Shown here: piece by piece, positions 18,460 through 28,425 of the stretch
Position numbering within the stretch: the stretch's first letter is position 1
How the letters are laid out: every line of letters starts with the position of its first letter
DNA from: Bacillota bacterium
Lineage (GTDB): Bacteria > Bacillota > Sulfobacillia > Fermentithermobacillales > Fermentithermobacillaceae
Length of the DNA stretch: 64,000 nucleotides
Assembly (NCBI GenBank): GCA_050260675.1
Contig: JBLNCN010000011.1
Coordinates: 745,197-809,196 of the forward strand
Direction: 5' to 3'
Notes under the pieces: generated by a model
Told to the model about the DNA's origin: nothing
The model's database searches: none
The model's input: the letters and a program-made list of their open reading frames with translations, nothing else
Made by a program: the position numbers and the translations under genes

Positions 18460-20469
18460 CTAGACGACTCTGGCTACATCAAGGATGATCGCGGGGTCAC
18501 CCTGCGCCAGGATTGTGGCTCCGGCAATGCCTTTCAGCCTGGATAAGAGCCGGCCCATTTCCTTGACGACTATCTCTTCCTCACCTATGAGGTCGTCGAC
18601 TCCCAGGGCCATCGGCTGCTCGTTGTTGCGCGTGAGCAGGGCGTACTTCTCTCCATCCAGCTCCCACATACTCTCGCGGAGAGCGCCGTCCAGCGATATG
18701 AGCGGGACCACTCTTCCCCGCACGTTTATCGCGGGTTTGCCCTGAATGGTGCTCACGTCGAACCCACCCATGGAGAACACTTCCTCCACCGAAGAGGTAG
18801 GCACGGCGTACACGTCTTTACCGCATCTCACCAAGAGAGCCCGCATGATGGCCAGGGTAAGGGGCAATCTCAACGTAATCTGAGTGCCGGCTCCAAGCTT
18901 GGTCTTCACCTCGATCTGACCATTGACGCGTTCGAGGTTGGCCCTCACGACATCCATGCCGACGCCCCTGCCCGATACCTCGGTCGCTTTGTCGGCGGTT
19001 GAGAACCCGGGAAGGAATATCATCTCAACGGCTTCCTTCTCGGTCAGCTTCTGAGCTTGCTCTTCGGTGATGAGGCCCTTCTTAACCGCAGACCTCTTAA
19101 CTCTCTCTGCGTCGATGCCAGCTCCGTCGTCCTCCACCCGCACCAAGACCTGGTTCTCCTCATGCCACGCTGAGAGCTTCACATGCCCTGCCCGGGGCTT
19201 ACCTTTGGCCTGCCGCTCCTCCGGCATCTCGATGCCGTGGTCCACGGCATTGCGGAGCACATGGATGAGGGGGTCATCGATGGCCTCAAGGACCGTCCTG
19301 TCCAGCTCCGTGGACTCGCCCTCTACCTCGAATTCGATCTCTTTCCCGCAACGACCGGAAAGGTCTCTGATCATGCGCGGGAACTTGGAGAGGATGCTCT
19401 TCAGAGGGAGAAGCCTGGCCTGCATAATACCTTCCTGCAATTCCGTGCTGGTCCTCTGCAGGTGCGCTGCCAGGGAGCTGACGTCATTTCCTATGGACGA
19501 GGTCTCGCCCCGGGCCATGAGTTCCGCGGCTATCTGGGAGAGCCGGGTCCTGTCTATGACAAGCTCGCCGACCATGTTCATGAGGAAGTCAAGGAGGCCC
19601 ACGTCCACCCGGACGGTCTTGCCCAAGTCGGATCGTTTGACGATAGGCGCCTCGCCCGACTCCTTGCCGCGTGCCGTCTCAGCGACCGCCTGCCCCTTGA
19701 CCTCGTACTTCTCGATCTTCACGTCTTGGACGTCGGGGTTATTGCGGGCCACGCCCGCCACATCATCGCCGCCGTTGTCACTGATGAAGTAGACTTCAAG
19801 CACGTCTTTGACTTGATCGTTCTCTATCTGCTCCATAGAGGGGACGGAGCCCACGACCTCGGCCATCTCCTCGATATTGGTCACGATCTGAAAACATCTG
19901 ACCGACAGAAGGGGTGTGTCTGCGCCAAAGCGCACAACGGCCCGCAGGACCTGCTTTCCCTGCTGCAGGGCCGCCTGTACCTTCTTCTGAAGATCCTCAG
20001 GCAGGCTGGCTTTGGAGGACCCTCCAGGAGCCGCTCCTGGAGCGGGAGCGCCTTGCGCGTCTGTCCCGTCTCCGAGGGCCTCAATGGTGGCCGTTATCCC
20101 CGCCGGAGAAGGCGACGGGTTTCCTGCGGCCATGGCCGCACGCCACTCTTTCAGCCAGTCCAAGACCGCGAAGAGGGTGTCCATGAGCGGCTTAGTCATC
20201 TCGCGCTGCCCGGAGCGAACGCCGTCCATCAGGCTCTCCATGCGGTGAGTGACCTCGACCGCTTCCTGGAGTCCGAGCGTGGCGGCTCCACCCTTCACGG
20301 TGTGCATCACACGGAAGACTTCCTGAATGAGAGAGGCGTCCTTGGGCGCCTTCTCAAGTTCTACCAGGTTGACCTCTGTAGCCTGCAGGAGATCGGATAC
20401 CTCGGCCAGGAGGATCTCAAGGTCCTGGGCGTATTCGGATGAGTTCCCTTTGCCCTTCATCTTGCTCAC
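18460..20469 (-). CDS. cheA: Chemotaxis histidine kinase CheA
   Basis: Hpt domain FRVMHTVKGGAATLGL, HATPase DDGAGID, C-terminal CheW-like domain. Confidence 0.9.
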   Translation of the reverse strand: MSKMKGKGNSSEYAQDLEILLAEVSDLLQATEVNLVELEKAPKDASLIQEVFRVMHTVKGGAATLGLQEAVEVTHRMESLMDGVRSGQREMTKPLMDTLFAVLDWLKEWRAAMAAGNPSPSPAGITATIEALGDGTDAQGAPAPGAAPGGSSKASLPEDLQKKVQAALQQGKQVLRAVVRFGADTPLLSVRCFQIVTNIEEMAEVVGSVPSMEQIENDQVKDVLEVYFISDNGGDDVAGVARNNPDVQDVKIEKYEVKGQAVAETARGKESGEAPIVKRSDLGKTVRVDVGLLDFLMNMVGELVIDRTRLSQIAAELMARGETSSIGNDVSSLAAHLQRTSTELQEGIMQARLLPLKSILSKFPRMIRDLSGRCGKEIEFEVEGESTELDRTVLEAIDDPLIHVLRNAVDHGIEMPEERQAKGKPRAGHVKLSAWHEENQVLVRVEDDGAGIDAERVKRSAVKKGLITEEQAQKLTEKEAVEMIFLPGFSTADKATEVSGRGVGMDVVRANLERVNGQIEVKTKLGAGTQITLRLPLTLAIMRALLVRCGKDVYAVPTSSVEEVFSMGGFDVSTIQGKPAINVRGRVVPLISLDGALRESMWELDGEKYALLTRNNEQPMALGVDDLIGEEEIVVKEMGRLLSRLKGIAGATILAQGDPAIILDVARVV

Positions 20470-20981
20470 TCGACCACAGCCGCCCGAAGGTCGGCCTCCT
20501 TAAGAGTCCTCTTCTCGGCGTCTGAGATGATCCTGGTAAGGTCTAGAAGGACGATAAGATCGCCGTCAACTTTGGCGATACCGAAGATGTACTCGATTTC
20601 CGGCCCTACGATGACCGTCGCAGGTGGCTCGACCGCATCATCAGGAATGCGGAGGACTGACGATACCGAGTCAACGATAACCCCGATGCTCTCGGATCCG
20701 GCCTCTACGAGGACGATCCGCTGGTTCGGGTCTCCCATCTTTCTCTCGAAACCGAAATGCTTGCGAAGATCGAGTACCGGGATTACCCTTCCTCGAAGGT
20801 TGATGATCCCCTCAACGAAGTCCGGCGCTCGCGGGACGCTCACGATCTTCTGAATCGGGATGATCTCCCGCACTGATGCGATATCTACTCCATAGATCTC
20901 GCTCCCGAGGGTGAAGGCTACTATCTGTCTTTCCTTCCGGACCGCTGAGTCGTCGTCGAAAAGGTTCGCTTCTCTTGCCAC
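20466..20981 (-). CDS. cheW: Chemotaxis coupling protein CheW
   Basis: 171 aa, QIVAFTLGSEIYGVDIASVREI: the CheW fold signature. Confidence 0.9.
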   Translation of the reverse strand: MAREANLFDDDSAVRKERQIVAFTLGSEIYGVDIASVREIIPIQKIVSVPRAPDFVEGIINLRGRVIPVLDLRKHFGFERKMGDPNQRIVLVEAGSESIGVIVDSVSSVLRIPDDAVEPPATVIVGPEIEYIFGIAKVDGDLIVLLDLTRIISDAEKRTLKEADLRAAVVE

Positions 20982-20989
20982 AAAACATA

Positions 20990-21026
20990 CCCCCTTGCCC
21001 TTTAACTATCGAAACGGGCAAGGGGG
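20990..21026 (-). terminator. Rho-independent terminator of the M20 amidohydrolase gene
   Basis: CCCCCTTGCCC-N15-GGGCAAGGGGG, an 11-bp GC stem, followed on the minus strand by TATGTTTTG. Confidence 0.5.
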
Positions 21027-21049
21027 TAGTTAATGAGGGTAATCGGTTT

Positions 21050-22486
21050 TTAAGCCTTCTTAAACTGGGAAAGCGGGGGCTCCAGTCCCTCGGGCAAAGG
21101 GGTCTTGTAGGTATCGCCAGCGAGCCGCTCGCGGAACTCGTCCTTGGCCTTCTCCAGGATGGCCGGATCCGAGTGCAGGATGATCGCGGCCGCCGCCATT
21201 ACCTCAGCAGATCTGAGCATGCCTTTCTCCCCGAACCCATGCCCCGATGATGCTGCGATCTGCCACGAGTGTCCCGGCGACCCAATGGGCCAGCATGCGG
21301 CGGATACCTGGACAGTGGGTACAATCCAGCTCACATCGCCGACGTCGGTGGACCCGGCCATCACTTTGCCCTTATCGATGGGATCGATGACCGTGGTGTT
21401 GACCACCTGAGTGAAGAGCTCCTTGGGTGCTCCGTGGGCCTTTAGGGCCTCGATTACTTGCTTTCTATCGAGGCTCTTGGCGAGTTCTTCGGCGAACGCC
21501 AGGTCCTCCGGCGTCCAGGCAGGAGCGCCCATTTCCTTAAAGACCTCGAGGCAGAGCATAGCCAATGCGTCGTTGGGCAGGACGTCGTAGCAACCCGCCA
21601 GGAACTCGATGTCAAACGTGGTGCCGGTCATGAGCGAGGCGCCTTTGGCGACATCGACCAGGCGAGCGTAGATCTCTTCGACCTGATTGCGGTGGGGAGC
21701 GCGAACGTAGTACCAGACTTGCGCTCTTGCGGGGACCACATTGGGCTGCCCGCCGCCCTCTGTGATCACGTAATGGAGCCTGGCATCGGGAATGACGTGC
21801 TCACGCAGGTAATTCGCGCCGATGTTCATGAGCTCGACGGCATCCAGGGCTGACCGCCCGTTGTGGGGGTCTCCCGCGGCGTGGGCAGTCTTGCCGTAGA
21901 AGGTAAACTTCGCCGAGTTGACGCCGTTGGAACTGCCCAGCTGCACGGTATTGGTGGCGGCCGGGTGCCAGGTGATAGCGGCATCCAGGTCGTCGAACAC
22001 GCCGTCGCGGGCCATGAAGACCTTACCGATGAGCGTCTCCTCTGCCGGGCAGCCATAGTACCTCACGGTACCCGGGAGGTTCTGAGATTGCAGGTACCTC
22101 TTGAGGGCGATGGCTGAGCCTAACGCGGCGGCGCCCAAGAGGTTGTGCCCGCATCCGTGTCCGGGAGCTCCTGCGCAGGCCGGCTCCTTGACCGGTACTG
22201 CTTTCTGAGAGAGCCCCATGAGGGCGTCGTACTCGCCGAGGAACCCTATGACGGGACCGCCGCTGCCCCACTCTGCCACAAACGCGCTGGGCATCCCGCC
22301 CGTCCCCTGCGTCGCACGAAATCCTTCAGCTTCCAGGACCTCAATCTGATATGCAGCCGAACGGTTCTCTTGCAGGCCTACCTCAGCAAACTCCCATACC
22401 TTTCTACTCACCGAAACCAGGGTATCCGAGACGTCGCCGATGTGCTTCTTTGCTTCCATGACTGCCTTGCGCTGGTCAGCTGCCAT
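21050..22486 (-). CDS. M20-family amidohydrolase / peptidase (AbgB / hippurate-hydrolase-like)
   Basis: IGFLGEYDALMGL...HGCGHNLLGAAALGSA...GTVRYYGCPAEE. The start was trimmed to the Met at 22486 (GGGGAGGG RBS). The 105-aa Pro/Arg-rich track extension is spurious. Confidence 0.8.
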   Translation of the reverse strand: MAADQRKAVMEAKKHIGDVSDTLVSVSRKVWEFAEVGLQENRSAAYQIEVLEAEGFRATQGTGGMPSAFVAEWGSGGPVIGFLGEYDALMGLSQKAVPVKEPACAGAPGHGCGHNLLGAAALGSAIALKRYLQSQNLPGTVRYYGCPAEETLIGKVFMARDGVFDDLDAAITWHPAATNTVQLGSSNGVNSAKFTFYGKTAHAAGDPHNGRSALDAVELMNIGANYLREHVIPDARLHYVITEGGGQPNVVPARAQVWYYVRAPHRNQVEEIYARLVDVAKGASLMTGTTFDIEFLAGCYDVLPNDALAMLCLEVFKEMGAPAWTPEDLAFAEELAKSLDRKQVIEALKAHGAPKELFTQVVNTTVIDPIDKGKVMAGSTDVGDVSWIVPTVQVSAACWPIGSPGHSWQIAASSGHGFGEKGMLRSAEVMAAAAIILHSDPAILEKAKDEFRERLAGDTYKTPLPEGLEPPLSQFKKA

Positions 22487-22604
22487 AACTATCCCTCCCC
22501 ATGACGACTTGGCTCCATGCTCCTTTCGGCATGCGCCGGAACCACTCCTGCGCCCCGAGTCGTGAGCCCAATCTTCAGTCAGCGCAGGAGACGCCGCAAG
22601 CGGG

Positions 22605-24278
22605 TCAGCGCCCGGTGTAGGACGCGAAGGCGTCCCAGACCTCCGGGGTCTCGAAACCACGACGCCATGCGGCCACGCCTGCGAGACCGTAGGATTCGGC
22701 CAGTTCAAGACGTTTGGCGATGGAGGCGGCGTCTTCGACCCAGAGCTTCCAGGTATCCTGTCCGACGCTCTTTTCGGCGTACTGAAGGCCGGTCTCTTCA
22801 TCGAAGACCGGAGTCACGCCCTGCTCGCGGAGCCATTCCTGCGCGTATCGCATCCCTATTGCCTGCTGGCTGACCTTCACGCCTTCTCCTGTCCTGGACT
22901 CCTTCCACAATCGCATGTAGAAAGGCATCCCGAGCACCAGTTTTTCGGCAGGGATCTCTTCGAGCGTGAGCCTTATGATGGAGTCGACCCACGTCAGGGC
23001 AGAGTTCGGACCCGCGACCTTCGATCCTGCCGCGTACTGGTCGTACGCCATGAGCATCATGTAGTCCAGGACCTCGGCGAGCCGGGACCGCTCGTAGCAG
23101 AGGGACCAGGTCGGACTCTTTGATTTCACGGTGACGTCCATCGAGACGGTCAATCCCATCTCGTGCAGAAGCGGCGTGAGCTCTCTGACGAACTGGGTGA
23201 GGTAAGGGGCATCGTCCTGGTAGACGTTCTCGAAGTCCAGATTGATCCCGTCCAGCGAGTACATCTTGGCGTAGACAAGTATCTGAGAGATGACCTTGTC
23301 GCGGAGGTCAGAGTCACGGAGGACTGTCCGCGTCCTCTGAAGCTCAAATGAATTGGAGAACAGCGCCCAGACCTTGTATCCCCTGGAGTGGGCCCAGCTT
23401 ACGTACCTGGGGTCTGCGTAGTTCTCCACCTCGCCGGGCGTCTCACCCAACCTGAACCAGGTGGGAGACACGACGTTTAGGCCGCTCATCGGCCCGATTG
23501 AGGAGGTGTCGGGCGTGCGCCAGTCGACCTGTTCCCATACGAGGCTGACCCTGTCCCCCGAAAGGGCTGCGGGGACGTAGTCGTCAGCAGGGACAACCTC
23601 GGCAGGTTTTCTGGTGGGCTCCGAAAGGCGGCCTTTGGGCATCCATCCTGCGATGCCGTCTCTAGTCTGCACGTTCACCCACCCCCCCTTCGTCTCGAAC
23701 AACTCGACTTCGCGGCCAGGTGGGAGGACCGCAATCCTGCGTGACAGGATCGACGGCTCCACCCTCACTACCGCGTCCGACACCGAAGTCGCCACCGTGG
23801 ATTCCGCATCGGTCCGCCTGACAATGAAAGTCCCAGCCTCATCAGTTAGGATAGCCGTGACTGGGTACAGGAGCTCCAGGGCGCTTGCGGGGATGTAGGG
23901 CTCGTCGCCCTCCAGAGTAATGGGTAGCTGCAGTTCAACGGGATGTTGGTTCACGTAGGCAGTGAGTGAGTCCGTCTTCAACTTCACGACTTTGTCCTTG
24001 GTCGTAACTATGACCATGCCGTCCTCAGCGAAGGCATCGGGATCAATGACGTCCTTCACGAAGGCAAAGGGAACGTAGGCCTCATTAGCTTCGACTACCA
24101 CCGGGTAGAACTGCCTCCCCCCGCGGTAGACCAGGCGCGGGCGCGATAGCGGCGGCTTTTCCTCGTACATGAAGGAGGGAGCGGCAACTACAGCCGCAAC
24201 AACAAGCATGACCGCAAACAAAAGCGGCCAGAGCGGTGCACGCTTCGCCTTTCTTTGGGCTCTTGGTCCGTAGGACAA
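22605..24278 (-). CDS. Glycoside hydrolase family 18 (chitinase-like; spore/peptidoglycan hydrolase YdhD/YaaH-like) with N-terminal TM anchor and stalk domains
   Basis: The GH18 catalytic motif DGINLDFEN (DxxDxDxE) and MAYDQYAAGS are present. The N-terminal segment WPLLFAVMLVVAAVVAAP is a membrane anchor. Confidence 0.7.
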   Translation of the reverse strand: MSYGPRAQRKAKRAPLWPLLFAVMLVVAAVVAAPSFMYEEKPPLSRPRLVYRGGRQFYPVVVEANEAYVPFAFVKDVIDPDAFAEDGMVIVTTKDKVVKLKTDSLTAYVNQHPVELQLPITLEGDEPYIPASALELLYPVTAILTDEAGTFIVRRTDAESTVATSVSDAVVRVEPSILSRRIAVLPPGREVELFETKGGWVNVQTRDGIAGWMPKGRLSEPTRKPAEVVPADDYVPAALSGDRVSLVWEQVDWRTPDTSSIGPMSGLNVVSPTWFRLGETPGEVENYADPRYVSWAHSRGYKVWALFSNSFELQRTRTVLRDSDLRDKVISQILVYAKMYSLDGINLDFENVYQDDAPYLTQFVRELTPLLHEMGLTVSMDVTVKSKSPTWSLCYERSRLAEVLDYMMLMAYDQYAAGSKVAGPNSALTWVDSIIRLTLEEIPAEKLVLGMPFYMRLWKESRTGEGVKVSQQAIGMRYAQEWLREQGVTPVFDEETGLQYAEKSVGQDTWKLWVEDAASIAKRLELAESYGLAGVAAWRRGFETPEVWDAFASYTGR

Positions 24279-24317
24279 TAATCCAACGCCTCTCCGGTTT
24301 CACTCTCTCTACCGATG

Positions 24318-24424
24318 CTCGACGTTTTCCCGACACTCGACGTTCTTTCGATATTGGCGCTCCGCCAGTATTCGACGCAGCGCCTGTGATCGGTGTTCTG
24401 TCGACACTCAGCGTACTGTCGACA
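24318..24424. promoter_or_regulatory. Two pairs of 9-bp direct repeats in the divergent GH18 / beta-lactamase-like promoter region
   Basis: CTCGACGTT at 24318 and 24336; CTGTCGACA (palindromic core TGTCGACA) at 24398 and 24416. Both pairs are spaced 18 bp start-to-start. Confidence 0.3.
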
Positions 24425-24577
24425 TTCGGCGCCCGACGGCGCTTACGCTATCTATCGTCACTTACGGAATATCATCGCAATTGGGTCCCGATTTTGGCAA
24501 AGGCCTTTTTGTGGCAAAGGATCGCGACTCATCCATAGTGAAGAGAAGGGTGAGCACCACACAAGGAGGTCAGCATT

Positions 24578-25447
24578 GTGCAGGAAACCTCACGCGAGAT
24601 TGTATGGCGGAACATGGAGAACGAGCTCAAGGCCCTATGCGAAAGGGCAGGAGGCACGCCTGGCGAGACGGCGTCGGGCGTATGCGGATACGCGCTTTTG
24701 GACCTCTCTTCCGGCAAGCGGGCCGGCTTTCGTCAAGACATCCTGTTCGTGACCGCTAGCACCATAAAGATAGCAGTGCTCCTGGGGCTGGCTACCAGGG
24801 TCCACCGCGGCGAGCTCTCCTGGGAACAGCGTATCGCTGTCGGCACCGAGGGCAAAGTGGGAGGCTCCGGAGTGCTATCCCTCTTGCGCCATCAGGTTGA
24901 AGTCAGCCTGTGGGACCTCGCGGCCCTCATGATCTGCGTGTCGGATAACCACGCCACCAACCTTTGCATCGACTTCGCGGGGATGGATGCAGTGAACCAG
25001 TTGCTGGACGGCCTCGGCCTCCACCGCGTGAGGCTGCGCCGCAAGATGATGGACGCTGCGGCCGTGAAGCGCGGAGACGAGAACGTGGCGACTCCGGGCG
25101 AGCTCGTCGACCTCCTGGAGAAGCTCCACCGCGCCGATGGGATCCCCGCTCAGGTAGCAAATGACGTGCTCACGCTCATGGAGCTGCCCAAGAGTGGACC
25201 CTTCGCCCGCGCTCTACCCGCCTCAGTGAGGCGCGCAAACAAGACCGGCAGCCTGGACCGGGTGCAGGTCGACGCCGGGATCATCTACCTCCCGGGACTT
25301 GACTTCTGTCTTGCTGTCATGGGCAGTTTTCTGCCAAAGAGCGAGTCAGGCGCCGAAGACGCCGTTACCTCGATAGTTGCAGCGGCCTACCGGCACATGG
25401 CCCTCCTGGCCGACTGCAACGAATTGGGAAGGACGCAGATCTTCTAG
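24578..25447 (+). CDS. Class A beta-lactamase-family serine hydrolase
   Basis: SxxK (ASTIK), SDN (VSDNHATN) and KTG (NKTGS) motifs. GTG start with an AAGGAGGT RBS. Confidence 0.7.
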   Translation: MQETSREIVWRNMENELKALCERAGGTPGETASGVCGYALLDLSSGKRAGFRQDILFVTASTIKIAVLLGLATRVHRGELSWEQRIAVGTEGKVGGSGVLSLLRHQVEVSLWDLAALMICVSDNHATNLCIDFAGMDAVNQLLDGLGLHRVRLRRKMMDAAAVKRGDENVATPGELVDLLEKLHRADGIPAQVANDVLTLMELPKSGPFARALPASVRRANKTGSLDRVQVDAGIIYLPGLDFCLAVMGSFLPKSESGAEDAVTSIVAAAYRHMALLADCNELGRTQIF

Positions 25448-25478
25448 GCAAAGCCAGAGCGACAGCGGAGGCTTTGCC
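25448..25478 (+). terminator. Hairpin immediately after the beta-lactamase-like stop
   Basis: GGCAAAGCC-N13-GGCTTTGCC. A second 12-bp GC hairpin lies at about 25585-25617, next to the dipeptidase 3' end. Confidence 0.4.
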
Positions 25479-25629
25479 GCGTCGCCAGCATAGTGCGTGC
25501 GCACAGCGAGCGGAGCGAGCTGCATGCACGACAGCGGGGAACACAGCCGGCTAAAGATGAACGACAGGTGTGAGGAGGATGCTAAAGGGCGCGCGAAGAG
25601 TGGCCTCGCGCGCCCTTGCTGTTTGACTA

Positions 25630-26643
25630 TCAGCGGAAGGTTTCTTTGTACAGCCTGAGCCAGTTGCCGCCCAGGACCTTCTTTATCTCGTCTTCCTTGT
25701 ACCCCCTGCTCACGAGTTCTTCCGTGAGTCTGGGGAATTCGCTGCAATCCTTCATGACGGACCCGCTGCCGGGAGGCATTCCGTACCCGTCAAAGTCAGA
25801 CCCAAGCCCGACATGGTCAATGCCGGCAACTTTCTTGATGTGGTCTATGTGGTCGCATAGCCTGGCCAGCGATACCTTGGAGCGATCGTCGTCAACGAAA
25901 CCGGGGGCAAACACAACCCCGATGACCCCGCCCTTCTTAGCCAAAGCCTCGATTTGCTGGTCCGTCAGGTTGCGGGAAGCCGACGCGAGCGAGCGGCAGT
26001 TAGAGTGGGACGCGATGTAGGGCCTCTCCGATACTTTGTCTACGGCCCAGAAGCTTGTGTCCGAGAGATGGGAGACGTCGACCAGCATCCCGAGACGCTC
26101 CATCTCCTTGACCACGGAGATGCCGAAGTCGGTGAGTCCGGACCCGGCCGATTTCTCTCCCTGCCCGTCAGCGATGTCGTTGCGCTGGTTCCAGGTAAGC
26201 CCCATGGCCCTGACGCCGAGGCGGTAGAAGTCCCGAAGGAGCCCAAGGCTCCCTTCGATGGCCTCGCCTCCCTCGATGCTGAGCAGCGCGCAGGTGTCTC
26301 CGTTCTGCTTGGCCTTCTCGATCTCGGCAGCGGTGGTGACCATGCGAAACTCCTCGGTCTCGTCCAGAAGAGCGTAGAACGAGTCCAGCATCTCGAGGGT
26401 TCTCCGGGCAGAGCGGGTGGGCTTGTACTGGTCTTCTATGTAGAGGGCCATCACCTGGCAAGTCACGCCGCCTTCTTTGAGCCGGGGAAGATCGATGTGA
26501 CCGCCGTCGTTCCTCTCGAAGAAGTTGCGCTGGGTGGACGGCAGGCCCGGGTAGCCCAGTCCTCTGCCGGTTACCGCAAGAAGGGTGTCGCAGTGAGCGT
26601 CAATGATGATCGATTCCTTATGTATCCTCGTTGCATCGCTCAT
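25630..26643 (-). CDS. Membrane dipeptidase (peptidase family M19, renal dipeptidase-like)
   Basis: IIIDAHCDTL, HLSDTSFWAVD, GLGSDFDG: the M19 signature. GAGGAGG RBS. Confidence 0.85.
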   Translation of the reverse strand: MSDATRIHKESIIIDAHCDTLLAVTGRGLGYPGLPSTQRNFFERNDGGHIDLPRLKEGGVTCQVMALYIEDQYKPTRSARRTLEMLDSFYALLDETEEFRMVTTAAEIEKAKQNGDTCALLSIEGGEAIEGSLGLLRDFYRLGVRAMGLTWNQRNDIADGQGEKSAGSGLTDFGISVVKEMERLGMLVDVSHLSDTSFWAVDKVSERPYIASHSNCRSLASASRNLTDQQIEALAKKGGVIGVVFAPGFVDDDRSKVSLARLCDHIDHIKKVAGIDHVGLGSDFDGYGMPPGSGSVMKDCSEFPRLTEELVSRGYKEDEIKKVLGGNWLRLYKETFR

Positions 26644-26716
26644 GGTTCTAACCTCCTCTTAACAGAAAGCCAGGCCCTACAGCAAGAGGGCCTGGCATCC
26701 GCCTTGGATCCCTTGA

Positions 26717-26929
<213 letters not shown>

Positions 26930-27037
26930 TCAAGGCATTTCACAAAGGGATTATAGCATAGGAGCGCAGCGTCTTTTGTCAACAAGCACCGGCTCTTTGC
27001 GCAAAGACTTCTAGAAACGCCCCGAAAGTCCTCCATG

Positions 27038-27745
27038 CTACCTGATCTTTGCGTTCTTCAGGGCTTCCTGTACTGCCTGAATCCACTGCGTAGAGCTGGT
27101 GGTCGCCCCTGAATAGGCATCCACAGTGGCGCTATTGGCTTGGACGAACCGCTTCTCCATCTCAGCCTTGGCTTCAAGCGCTTTGGTATATGGATAGGTC
27201 GGCCAGTCCTTCAGGATGTTCTCCTTGGTGACATCGTCGAGCTTTACGGCTGTTATCTTATCGGCGGCGATCGTCACGAAGGCGATCCCATAGCCCTGTT
27301 CCCCTGCCGGTGAGCGGCCGAAGTAGGTACCATCGAAATACGTCGTCTTCACGCTCGGGGTCTTGCGGGCCTTTTCCAGGGCACGGCTTACTGCAGCCTT
27401 GTACTTCTCAGAGGAGCTGGTCGCACCTGAATAAGCGTCGACGTTGGCGTCCTGCCTCCCTATGAACCGTTTGGCCATCTCGGTGTTGGCTTCCTTAGCC
27501 TTGGGATAGGGGTATGTAGAGTAGTCTTTGGTGACGCCAAGCTCGGTTATCTCGGTGAGGGTGACGGCCGTGATCTTATCCTTCTGTACGGTAACGTCCG
27601 CCGTCGCGTAGCCGTGCTGCGAGTCAGCCTCGGAAATCCCTTTGTAAGTGCCATCGTTGAAAACCTTGGGCTTGCACCCCGCGGAACTCAGCGCCAACGC
27701 AACACATAAAGCCAAGACCGCGGGAACCAGCAAGTAGCGTTTCAT
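27038..27745 (-). CDS. Lipoprotein with two tandem FMN-binding (FMN_bind) domains
   Basis: Signal peptide plus lipobox LALSSAGC. The pattern GTY-G...YSGATxSS occurs twice. The start was trimmed to the Met at 27745 (GGAGG RBS); the track ORF extends 143 aa upstream. Confidence 0.65.
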   Translation of the reverse strand: MKRYLLVPAVLALCVALALSSAGCKPKVFNDGTYKGISEADSQHGYATADVTVQKDKITAVTLTEITELGVTKDYSTYPYPKAKEANTEMAKRFIGRQDANVDAYSGATSSSEKYKAAVSRALEKARKTPSVKTTYFDGTYFGRSPAGEQGYGIAFVTIAADKITAVKLDDVTKENILKDWPTYPYTKALEAKAEMEKRFVQANSATVDAYSGATTSSTQWIQAVQEALKNAKIR

Positions 27746-28086
27746 CAGATAACCTCCCTCCAGCGTAGTATGCCCAGGTCGGAACGCCGCGTCAAACCTC
27801 ATGATCGGGCAGGATCCGAGCCTCGGATGGGATCTGTTCGCCGAATTCCGACTCATTTTGACTGGAAAGTGCTGGATGGAGCTATCGCTCTCAGGTGACT
27901 TACAAATGCAGGTAAAGGGAGTACGCAATATAGGTACTCCTATCGTGTCGTGAGGGGTCGAACGATTCGCTCTTGTCCACAAGGGTATCCACAAGAGACC
28001 TCCCGAAGTCATCCGCCCTCTCATGTGCGTGGGGAGCGCATGAGACAGACACATGATCGCATTCGTTTCATGGGGGGTTCCTATAG

Positions 28087-28425
28087 ATGGGAGAGTGCCG
28101 GGTGGTACGCGAGAGCGTGAGAACGCTCGAGAGAGAGGGTCGGCAGTTCGTGATCCGTTACAGCTTGGCGACACACGAAACGGAAGACGGGGAACAGTGC
28201 CTCATACAAGCATCAGTCAGTGAAACAAACGCGTCGGGGGCCGACTCGACCACCGGCTACAGTGTAGAGACGTCGTTTGTTCAGCCTGAAACTGTGAAGC
28301 GCATCTTTGAGATGATAGCGGGGGCAGAGGACCCGGTATTCCCGATCCACGTGCCGGAGATCATAAGGGACCAGCTGGCGGCCATGAGCATGGTAGCTGT
28401 CACGTCCACCAAGAGCTACTTCTGA
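28087..28425 (+). CDS. Hypothetical 112-aa protein
   Basis: Only an ORF with a GGGGGG RBS in an otherwise empty gap; no motif recognised. Confidence 0.3.
   Translation: MGECRVVRESVRTLEREGRQFVIRYSLATHETEDGEQCLIQASVSETNASGADSTTGYSVETSFVQPETVKRIFEMIAGAEDPVFPIHVPEIIRDQLAAMSMVAVTSTKSYF

Noticed and set aside
19183-20442. 419-aa plus-strand ORF inside cheA
   Set aside because: Antisense to cheA, which has unmistakable Hpt/HATPase motifs. Low-complexity composition.
21050-22801. 583-aa version of the M20 amidohydrolase
   Set aside because: The first 105 aa are Pro/Ser/Arg-rich with no signal-peptide character. A strong GGGGAGGG RBS precedes the internal Met at 22486, where homology begins.
27746-28086. 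FMN (RFN) riboswitch upstream of the FMN-binding lipoprotein gene
   Set aside because: I looked for the conserved RFN core (GGAUG...CCGACCGGCGGUA-like segments) on the minus strand and did not find it. Only a short GAGTAC-N9-GTACTC hairpin is present.
27038-28174. 378-aa version of the FMN-binding lipoprotein
   Set aside because: The upstream 143 aa are non-homologous. The Met at 27745 is followed by a lipoprotein signal peptide and preceded by a GGAGG RBS.
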